Part shown: positions 9,305 to 16,274 of the stretch, one piece after another
Position numbering within the stretch: position 1 is the first letter of the stretch
Layout of the letters: the number at the start of each line of letters is the position of its first letter
Notes under the pieces: generated by a model
Databases searched by the model: none
Told to the model about the DNA's origin: nothing
Seen by the model: the letters and a program-made list of their open reading frames with translations, nothing else
Made by a program: the position numbers and the translations under genes
DNA from: Candidatus Bathyarchaeia archaeon
GTDB taxonomy: Archaea; Thermoproteota; Bathyarchaeia; Bathyarchaeales; Bathycorpusculaceae
Direction: 5' to 3'
Assembly: GCA_038883795.1 (NCBI GenBank)
Contig: JAVZLK010000035.1
Span: 1-16,616, forward strand
Length of the DNA stretch: 16,616 bases

Positions 9305-9703
9305 GTGAGAAGCTTTAAAGCCTTAAAAGAGCCTAATTTCTCAAACTGCGACGTTTTCAGGCTTCTCTTTAGAAACCATAAGACCATTCACGCTTCAAGG
9401 CTCCTTTTCGGTTGGATGCTGAATAATGGCGGTTACGCAACACCATCCCAGCTAAGCCAATTCGCATGGAAACTACAAAAAGGTAAGGTTGAGGAAGGCT
9501 ACAATTATCGGCGTTCAAGCCTTTACAGAACAGTTTTGAGGCGCCTCTTGGATTTCGGCTTCATAAACCAACAGCAGATCTACGACAAGGAAACTGGCAA
9601 AATTGTCCAAGCCTACGTTCTAATAAAGCAGTCCATACCAAAACGCGCTCCCCTTGGCGGAGCCAGCTTCTGGAAGCTGGCATGGCACATATGCAAAGCG
9701 TAG
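9305..9703 (+). CDS. Putative winged-helix DNA-binding protein, possibly shortened by a premature TAG
   Basis: TPSQLSQFA...RSSLYRTVLRRLLDFGFI followed by a beta-wing. The frame continues NEQLEKAKG to TAA 9731..9733, just before the integrase ATG. Confidence 0.65.
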   Translation: MRSFKALKEPNFSNCDVFRLLFRNHKTIHASRLLFGWMLNNGGYATPSQLSQFAWKLQKGKVEEGYNYRRSSLYRTVLRRLLDFGFINQQQIYDKETGKIVQAYVLIKQSIPKRAPLGGASFWKLAWHICKA

Positions 9704-9740
9704 AATGAACAACTCGAAAAGGCGAAAGGCTAAGGCGAAC

Positions 9741-10867
9741 ATGACAACGCCAATCCATTGTCCACAGTGCGGTTCAACGCTTTTTTGGAAGGATGGAATG
9801 CGTTATCTATTCGATGGCTCAGCTGTTCAGCGTTATGTTTGCAGAAATTGTGGACACCGCTTCTCTGAGCCGAGCAATAAAATTGAAAAGCAAAACCGCA
9901 AGCCCATACTTTTGGAGAGGGCTCCCTTGACCCTTAAAGCCCAAACAGAAAAGCGGGCTGCGGGAGCCACAGAAAAGCCAAGCATTGCGGAGCTTCAGGG
10001 AAAAATCGTTGAGTTTCTATGGTGGATGAAGAAGCAAGGATATAAAGAGACAACGATAGCTGGTAAGGAAAAAGGCTTCAGAGGCTTGTTAGGCTTGGAG
10101 CCAACCTTTTAGATCCTGAAAGCGTAAAAGAAACAATAGCGAGGCAAAACTGGTGCGATTCAGGAAAGGAAACAACGGCATACGCTTATGACCTCTTTGC
10201 AAAATACGCTGGGATTAAATGGGAGAGACCAACCTACAAGCCTCCGAGAAAGCTTCCATTCATACCACATGAAAGGGAGATTGACGACCTAATAGCTGGC
10301 TGTAATAATAAACATGTGGCAGCGTTCCTTCAAATTGCAAAGGAAACTGGAGCAAGGGCTGGAGAAATCTTCGATCTAAAATGGACGGACATAGACTTTG
10401 AAAGGAAAACGTTGTCGATAACCCCTGAGAAGGGAAGCGATCCTAGAATCTTGAGGATTTCAGACAAGCTAATAGCCATGCTTCAAAACATGCCAAAAAA
10501 GAGTGAAAGGGTATTCAGCAATTACAAAAGCTTAAAAACCTTAAGCTTAGCCTTCCAGCGCTATCGCAAAAGAATAGCCTTCAGGCTTGGAAATCCGAGA
10601 CTTCTAAGGATAAGCTTCCACACGCTTCGCCATTGGAAAGCCACAATGGAGTATCATAGAACAAAAGACATACTTCACGTAATGCAGATGCTCGGACAAG
10701 AAACATCAAAAACACGCTGATATATACCCAGCTTGTCAAATTTGAAGGTGAAGACGAGTACATTTGCAGGGCGGCTAAAACAGTTGAACAAGCTTAGCCC
10801 TAATCGAGGCTGGATTTGAATACGTCTGCGACATTGACGGAATCAAGCTGTTTAGAAAACGAAGTAG
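9741..10867 (+). pseudogene. int: Tyrosine integrase with N-terminal Zn ribbon (IntA), four apparent 1-nt deletions
   Basis: CPQCGS...CRNCG, then KLPFIP, ETGAR, PEKGS, FHTLRHWKAT, IYTQL and GFEYV...KLFRKR, collinear with IntB. Frame breaks near 10068, 10698, 10794 and 10862. Confidence 0.9.
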
Positions 10868-10897
10868 CTTACACCTGCTGGGGTTTTATCCAAAGGA

Positions 10898-10976
10898 TGG
10901 TGGGGTAGCTGGGATTTGAACCCAGGATCGCCAGCGCCCCAGGCTGGTATCCTAGACCAAGCTAGACGACTACCCC
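10898..10976 (-). tRNA. tRNA-Pro, anticodon GGG, intron-less, CCA encoded
   Basis: GGGGTAG-TC-GTC TAGCTTGGTCTAG GAT-A-CCAGC CTGGGGC GCTGG-CGATC-CTGGG TTCAAAT CCCAG-CTACCCC-A-CCA folds as a full cloverleaf. Confidence 0.97.
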
Positions 10977-10998
10977 ATTTTCGTGGACGGGTACCCTG

Positions 10999-12228
10999 CT
11001 ATTTTCGTTTTCTAAAAAGTTTGATGTTGTTTATTTCTGTTACGTACTCAAAGCCTGCCTCTATAAGTTGGGTTGCTTCTTCTATGGTTTTTGCTGCTTT
11101 GCAGATGTATTCGTCTGTTTTGAAATTGACTAGTTGGGTGTATTTTAGGGTGTTTTCGATTCTTTTGTGGCCTAGGCATTGCATTACGTGTAGGATGTCT
11201 TTTGTTTTGGCGTATTCCATGGTGGCTTTCCAATGTCTTAAAGTGTGGAAATGTATTTGCAGTAGTCTCGGGTTTCCTAGTTTGTAGGCTATTCTTTTGC
11301 GTTGGGTTGTGAATGTTTTTCTTAGATAGAAGGTGTTTTTGTATGTGAAAACTTTGAGGTCTTTCTTTGGTAGGTTGTTAAGCATGCTTGCAAGTTTTCC
11401 CGATATTTTGAATATTCTTGGGTTGCTTCCTTTTTCTGGCGTTATTCTAATAGTGTTTGTTGCAAAGTCTATGTCTGTCCATTTTAGGTTAAAGGCTTCT
11501 CCGCATCTGGCGCCTGTTTCTTTCAGGAGTTGTAGGAATGTTGCTATTTGGTGGCTGCAGCCTGCTATTAGCTGGTCTATTTCTTCCTCTGTTGGTATGA
11601 AGGGCAGTTTTTGGGGAACTTTGTATTTTGGCATTGTTAGGTTTATTCCATATGTTAGCTTTAGGAAGAGTTTGTAGGCTTTGAAGGCTTGATTTTTTCT
11701 GGCTGGGCTCCATTTTTCTTGTTTGGCTATTATTTCTTTGACATTTTCGGGGTCGGATAGGTTGGCGCCACGTTTATGCAAAGTTTCTAGAATGTAGGTG
11801 TAGCCGGCTACTGTTGCTTCTGAATAGGCTTCTTTTTTGAGTTTCCACATGAATTCTATGACTTTTCCTTTAACGTCGGCGGCTGTATGCTCTGTGGCCC
11901 CCGCAGCCCATTTTTCGCTTTCTTTTGTGGCTGCGGCCAAATTTTTCGCCCCCAAAGGCTGGGAGGCGCATATTTGGCGGTGATAGGCTATGGCTTCCAT
12001 GCTTTTTAAAATCTGCGTATGAATTTTCTGAACTTGTTTAGAGCCCTTTGAGGTGTTGAGGCTGGCTGGCTTTTGTCTGTTGGGTTCTGAAAAGCGGTAG
12101 CCACAGTTCCTACAAATATAACGTTGTACTTGGCCTGTCGCAGTGTAGCGGATTCCATCCTTCCAAAGTTTTTGGGAGCCGCATTCTGGACAGGCCAGTG
12201 GCTTGTTTTTGGCTTGCCGTGAAGCCAA
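10999..12228 (-). CDS. int: Tyrosine recombinase/integrase with N-terminal Zn ribbon (IntB), 409 aa
   Basis: Complete catalytic set: R (TGAR), K (PEKG), HxxR (HTLR), H (LGH), Y (KYTQ). N-terminal CPEC...CRNC. TTG start with upstream GAGGGT. Confidence 0.95.
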   Translation of the reverse strand: MASRQAKNKPLACPECGSQKLWKDGIRYTATGQVQRYICRNCGYRFSEPNRQKPASLNTSKGSKQVQKIHTQILKSMEAIAYHRQICASQPLGAKNLAAATKESEKWAAGATEHTAADVKGKVIEFMWKLKKEAYSEATVAGYTYILETLHKRGANLSDPENVKEIIAKQEKWSPARKNQAFKAYKLFLKLTYGINLTMPKYKVPQKLPFIPTEEEIDQLIAGCSHQIATFLQLLKETGARCGEAFNLKWTDIDFATNTIRITPEKGSNPRIFKISGKLASMLNNLPKKDLKVFTYKNTFYLRKTFTTQRKRIAYKLGNPRLLQIHFHTLRHWKATMEYAKTKDILHVMQCLGHKRIENTLKYTQLVNFKTDEYICKAAKTIEEATQLIEAGFEYVTEINNIKLFRKRK

Positions 12229-12236
12229 TAGCGGGC

Positions 12237-12473
12237 CTACCCTCTAGGTTTTTGGTGCTGTTGCCAGTCGCCTAGCACGCCTTTTTGCACTGCGGCCATA
12301 AGTTGGTCTGCTTTTACGTAGATGGCTTTCCAGTGGTAGGCGTCGCAGTCCATCATGAAGGCTATTAGCACATAGCCTATGACTTCGTATTGTCTGTTTG
12401 CCCATTCAAAGTCGTCTATGTGCAATCCGCCTACAATGAGAATGTCAATTTTAGGCTTGTCATCAACTGTCAA
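12237..12473 (-). CDS. Hypothetical protein upstream of IntB
   Basis: 78 aa; GAGGGGG before a TTG start; the stop lies 8 nt before the IntB start. Confidence 0.6.
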   Translation of the reverse strand: MTVDDKPKIDILIVGGLHIDDFEWANRQYEVIGYVLIAFMMDCDAYHWKAIYVKADQLMAAVQKGVLGDWQQHQKPRG

Positions 12474-12756
12474 AATTGATAGCCCCCTCTAGATTTTTCG
12501 CCTGGAAAATAGACACTGCCAGAAAACCATTTTCGCCTCCCCCTCTAGTCTTTCGGGGCGATGTCATGGTTGTGGCTGTTTCGGCTTAACAAATACACTA
12601 CCCCTTCTCTAGTTTTGGCTGAAAGCGGAAAGGCTGTGCATTCTGGTTTTTCGGGTCTGTTACTTCCATTTTTGAAAAGGAGAGTGAAAGAGAGAAAGAG
12701 AAGAAGAGAAAATGCATAGGCATAAGCACACACGCACACATACACACGTTAGAAAG

Positions 12757-13158
12757 CTATTGCTGGTTATCCTCGGAGCTCGGCAGCGTCTCAAGGAGTT
12801 CCTGGTAAAGTTTTAGGGCTTTCTCTCTAACAGCCGGGTCTTTAATGTTATCTATGCGCTTGAGCAACGGTATAACAGACCTTTCTTTTTCCTCTTGGGC
12901 TATTATATGTTTCATGGCTGACCGCTGCTTTTCTGTGAGGTGATAACGCGCATAGGCATCAGCCTTAATAATACCTGCGAGTGTTAACTCCTTTACCATT
13001 TCGCTGGTGGTTTTGAACTTTAACCCAAACACTGTCAGCATATACGCTTGAATCTGTGTTATTGAAACGCCATGCGGCTCATTCAAATTAATGAAGGTTA
13101 AAAGCTCCATCATACGACTATGCCGCTGAGTGGCACCGTCAGGAACGTCTGCACTCAA
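12757..13158 (-). CDS. Winged-helix DNA-binding protein
   Basis: ELLTFI...GVSITQIQ...TTSEMVKELTLAGIIK...RYHLT wHTH pattern; GGAGGT RBS. Confidence 0.78.
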   Translation of the reverse strand: MSADVPDGATQRHSRMMELLTFINLNEPHGVSITQIQAYMLTVFGLKFKTTSEMVKELTLAGIIKADAYARYHLTEKQRSAMKHIIAQEEKERSVIPLLKRIDNIKDPAVREKALKLYQELLETLPSSEDNQQ

Positions 13159-13187
13159 CGCGCTTACCTCCTATAAATGCTTCAGTT

Positions 13188-13388
13188 TCAACCTTGACCT
13201 TGACTATCAATACCCAGAGAAGGCTTAAACCCTAAACGTTCAAGCTCTCGGCGGACAGCTTCCCGGATAAACTCTGTTTTGGTTCTATGCCAAACCCGAC
13301 CAACAGCCGCCTCCAAAGCGTCGTCCAAACTCTTTGGAACAGCAACATTCCAAAACCGCACACCCCGACCGCTTTGTTCCTCACCCAA
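13188..13388 (-). CDS. Ribbon-helix-helix (CopG/Arc-like) regulator
   Basis: WNVAVPKSLDDALEAAV...TKTEFIREAVRRELERL. GGAGGTG lies 6 nt before TTG 13388; the longer N-terminus in the ORF track is just translated repeat DNA. Confidence 0.85.
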   Translation of the reverse strand: MGEEQSGRGVRFWNVAVPKSLDDALEAAVGRVWHRTKTEFIREAVRRELERLGFKPSLGIDSQGQG

Positions 13389-13448
13389 CACCAACACCTC
13401 CACGCCAGCGCTTAAACAAACAACAGAAAACACAAAACAAAAACCAAA

Positions 13449-13508
13449 TTGGACCATACATTGGCCTACACAAGGCACAACAAAATGGCCAAAACAGTGG
13501 CCCACAAC
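13449..13508. promoter_or_regulatory. Five degenerate 12-bp tandem repeats (operator or iteron array)
   Basis: TTGGACCATACA / TTGGCCTACACA / AGGCACAACAAA / ATGGCCAAAACA / GTGGCCCACAAC, located between the divergent RHH and methyltransferase genes. Confidence 0.6.
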
Positions 13509-13582
13509 ACAAAAAATGAGCATATAACATGCAAAAGCAACACTTAATTAGCAATTCTTATAATAGGACACTGGAGAAAGTG

Positions 13583-14467
13583 ATGGAAGCAGTCCAGAAC
13601 AAGAGAAAAATTATTAACAAACTTAACGAGTTAAGCGGCAGAGAATGGATTAAATTCACCAAAACATGGTTTATCCATCGCCCAGCCCCTAGAGAAAACG
13701 CCAAACTTTTACACCCAGCAGCTTTCCCTGAATCACTTGCAAAGGAGTTTATCGAATTTTTCACAAAAAGAGGACAGCTAGTTCTAGACCCCTTCCTGGG
13801 TACAGGTAGCACACTAATTGCTTGCATTGAAAGCGAAAGATCCGGTATAGGTGTGGAAGTTGTAAAAAAATGGGCTGATATTGCTGAAATGAGAGTAAAA
13901 AATCTATTAAGCCAAAGAAAAGGCTCAGAATATTTGCTAAATTCAATGGGATTAACCCCCGAAAAACTGCTAATAAAGGTTATCCACGGAGACTCTAGAA
14001 GATTATGTGAGATATGGAAAGAAAACAATTTTCCACCAGTAGACTACTGCATTACAAGTCCGCCCTACTGGAATCAGCTCAAAAGAGATTATCTCAGGCA
14101 AAAGGAGAGAAAGGAAAAAGGTTTCGAAACAAAATACAGCGAAGACCCCAACGACATAGGCAACATCGATGATTATAATGAATTCCTGAAGGCGCTGAAG
14201 CAAATATTTAATGAAGTTTATAAGATAACCAAAAACGGCGGCTATTTAACAGTCATAACAAATAACGTATTCTACAATGAAAGATTATACCCCTTAGCCT
14301 TTGATACTCTAAAAATTTTAAGCGAAGAACCCTATGCATGGGTTCCAAAAGACGAGAAAATTTGGCTGCAAGACGACAAACCTCTACTTCCCTTAGGTAT
14401 ATACAACGTATGGATAGGAAATAGAGCACATCAATATTGTCTAATTTTCAGAAAAGAAAAGGGATGA
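13583..14467 (+). CDS. Amino-DNA methyltransferase, probably N4-cytosine
   Basis: HPAAFP, then SAM-binding VLDPFLGTGST, then catalytic ITSPPYW. The ATG at 13583 follows GGAG; 13529 is an alternative start. Confidence 0.92.
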   Translation: MEAVQNKRKIINKLNELSGREWIKFTKTWFIHRPAPRENAKLLHPAAFPESLAKEFIEFFTKRGQLVLDPFLGTGSTLIACIESERSGIGVEVVKKWADIAEMRVKNLLSQRKGSEYLLNSMGLTPEKLLIKVIHGDSRRLCEIWKENNFPPVDYCITSPPYWNQLKRDYLRQKERKEKGFETKYSEDPNDIGNIDDYNEFLKALKQIFNEVYKITKNGGYLTVITNNVFYNERLYPLAFDTLKILSEEPYAWVPKDEKIWLQDDKPLLPLGIYNVWIGNRAHQYCLIFRKEKG

Positions 14468-14470
14468 AAC

Positions 14471-15619
14471 TTGGGGGTCCAATACACTCTAACTGGTGAA
14501 GAGCTGGTAAGTGCTCTTTCGCATGATGAAATGGCATTTGAAGTTGCTCGCACAATCAGAGATTTGGTTTTAAAAGGTATAGACCCTTGGAAAACATTAT
14601 ATAAACCAACAATAGTCATTACATCATCCTCAGAATGGCCAGAGCCAGATTTTGTATTTGATGACAGAAAAGGAATAACTTACAGCTTTGAATTTAAGCC
14701 TCCTGAACAAGTCAGGCGAGAATACCTACTAGGAATAGGACAAGCCGTAGCTTATCTGACACATTTCTCTCATTCAACCATAATTCTTCCCAAAACGGCT
14801 GAAAATTTCAACATAGCTGATTATATCAGTAGCATTGTACGTAGCCTACCGCTAAAAATAGGCGTAATAGCCTATGAACCTACCGACATCAAACAATTAG
14901 AAGTTCTCGTTCCATATCCCCCTCAACCCGTAGGCCCCCTAGAAAGAAAGGCGGCCATAGGAAAAGTTTTCTGGGCATTCTGGATGGATGAATCAATACA
15001 CGAATTTTACCTCATGCTAAAACGCTCATATGAGCTAAGAAACGAGCCAGGAGATATAAAAGAAAAAGTGTTCAAAGATATCTTTGCTTTAATGCAGCAA
15101 GGACAGACATATGCGAATGATGGTACTCCTAGAAGGTTGGGAGGCCGCTTAAAGTTTTCCTCATGGTTTCTAAATTACCGCTTACCCTTCCTTCACTGCG
15201 GATTATGGAGCCTAGACGGAAAACCAACCTTAACCGGAACAAGAATCCTCTCCATCGGAGACACATACGGATGGGACTCAGAAGAATTCAGAAACGCCCT
15301 AGCAAAAGCATACCTAACCAACGGAAAACACTTACTCCTACTAAAATACATATGGGACATCCAAATAAGCATGATAAACAACAACATCAAACACCAAACC
15401 CAAAACGAATACCTAAACAAAATGGCAGACGAACTCATGAAAAGAGGATTCGGAAGAGCCCACAGAGGCGTAAGAAGAAACCTCCAAGCCATGATATCAC
15501 TATGGGGAGGCGGATTCAAAATCCTAAAAACCAGAAAAAACAGTTACTACTTCAGAGGCTTTGGCCTAGTCCCAGACTGGGGCAAAATAACCACAATCCT
15601 CCAAACACAATACTGGTAA
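14471..15619 (+). CDS. Putative restriction endonuclease, PD-(D/E)xK fold
   Basis: PEPD-x13-EFK followed by GIGQAVAY (QxxxY helix). Starts 3 nt after the methyltransferase stop. Confidence 0.75.
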   Translation: MGVQYTLTGEELVSALSHDEMAFEVARTIRDLVLKGIDPWKTLYKPTIVITSSSEWPEPDFVFDDRKGITYSFEFKPPEQVRREYLLGIGQAVAYLTHFSHSTIILPKTAENFNIADYISSIVRSLPLKIGVIAYEPTDIKQLEVLVPYPPQPVGPLERKAAIGKVFWAFWMDESIHEFYLMLKRSYELRNEPGDIKEKVFKDIFALMQQGQTYANDGTPRRLGGRLKFSSWFLNYRLPFLHCGLWSLDGKPTLTGTRILSIGDTYGWDSEEFRNALAKAYLTNGKHLLLLKYIWDIQISMINNNIKHQTQNEYLNKMADELMKRGFGRAHRGVRRNLQAMISLWGGGFKILKTRKNSYYFRGFGLVPDWGKITTILQTQYW

Positions 15620-15678
15620 AAAGAAAAGGGGAATAATCGCACTTTCAAATCTTTATTAGGCTTTAAGAATACATCTTG

Positions 15679-15867
15679 TCATTCTTTATAGATGTAAACT
15701 AACAACCATCCGAACTGCAAAAGAACACCTATTGCAACAAGACCCCACCCTGCGTTTACCATACCGTTGTTGCCTAGTAAACTGCCAAAGAAAAGCAAAA
15801 CGAATCCAAGCGCTAAACAGATCGCTGGCGGGCTTCTAGCAATAACGTCCACCAACACGTCGAGCAT
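15679..15867 (-). CDS. Small two-helix membrane protein
   Basis: 62 aa with two hydrophobic segments; GGAGGG RBS before the ATG. Confidence 0.7.
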   Translation of the reverse strand: MLDVLVDVIARSPPAICLALGFVLLFFGSLLGNNGMVNAGWGLVAIGVLLQFGWLLVYIYKE

Positions 15868-16217
15868 TACACTACCCTCCTAGGGTAACGAGTACCCGCA
15901 TTGATTGGGACGGAAAAAGCTTAAATTTAAATGCCTCTTTATCTAACAAGCGCTGACTCGCAGATGACGATGAGATTGGTTGGCCCAACCAATCGAGTAT
16001 TCTCATTTTACCCCGAGTTTTCCGAGACGATAATACACAAACTTATTAGATTTTTCAACAAGAATTATTAAAAAAGAAGATAAATCAGAGCATACGTATG
16101 TTGTTTCTCATAACTGAACATTATAGAAGAAGGCTAAATTGCGCTTTTTATGCACAAAAGGCTCTTAAAAGGCCGATTTTATAAAAAATCAAATAAAAAA
16201 GATAGAATAAAAAAAAT

Positions 16218-16241
16218 GGGATTTGCGGGGGATTTCTCCAT
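16218..16241 (-). repeat. Conserved element-end motif, copy 2
   Basis: The minus strand reads ATGGAGAAATCCCCCGCAAATCCC followed by a T-tract, 8 nt inside the att core. Inverted relative to 344..368. Confidence 0.8.
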
Positions 16242-16249
16242 TTCAGTTT

Positions 16250-16274
16250 TAGACCAAGCTAGACGACTACCCCA
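16250..16274 (-). repeat. Distal att site of element B: 25-bp duplicate of the tRNA-Pro 5' end
   Basis: TAGACCAAGCTAGACGACTACCCCA is identical to 10953..10977 (position -1 through the D-loop). Confidence 0.95.

Larger units (their letters stand above)
305..10924. mobile_element. Integrated element A (~10.6 kb) at the 3' end of tRNA-Pro, with a disrupted integrase
   Basis: Bounded by 27-bp direct repeats. A tyrosine integrase lies next to the tRNA-proximal repeat. Also carries AbrB, ParB-like, HTH and excisionase-like genes. Confidence 0.9.
10953..16274. mobile_element. Integrated element B (~5.3 kb) at the 5' end of tRNA-Pro, carrying a probable R-M system
   Basis: Bounded by 25-bp direct repeats (10953..10977 and 16250..16274). 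An intact integrase lies next to the tRNA. Confidence 0.9.

Noticed and set aside
9175-9308. Possible small gene between 9182 and 9305
   Set aside because: It needs a frameshift and has no recognisable motif.
697-9703. In-frame TAG codons at 697 and 9701 as pyrrolysine or amber read-through
   Set aside because: TAG also ends IntB at its conserved C-terminus and ends several other genes. The 697 gene needs a frameshift as well, and there are no pyl genes in the window.
10916-11713. ORFs 10916..11287, 11048..11233, 11333..11677 and 11489..11713
   Set aside because: Shadow frames of intB and the tRNA.
12545-12745. 66-aa ORF MYVCVCAYAY...
   Set aside because: Mostly translation of dinucleotide and polypurine simple sequence.
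13449-13508. CRISPR array, here or elsewhere in the window
   Set aside because: No repeat-spacer structure; these units are 12 bp, degenerate and contiguous.
15163-15636. 157-aa basic overlapping ORF
   Set aside because: By-product of A/C-ending codons in the nuclease gene.
305-16274. tRNA fragments as trans-spliced split-tRNA halves
   Set aside because: The fragments omit the anticodon arm, no complementary leader or bulge-helix-bulge was seen, a full copy exists and integrases are adjacent.
305-16274. Whole region as an invertible segment or a TIR-bounded casposon
   Set aside because: The two cores have different spacers. The inverted motif is internal to the att sites and not adjacent to a target duplication. 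There is no full Cas1 or PolB.
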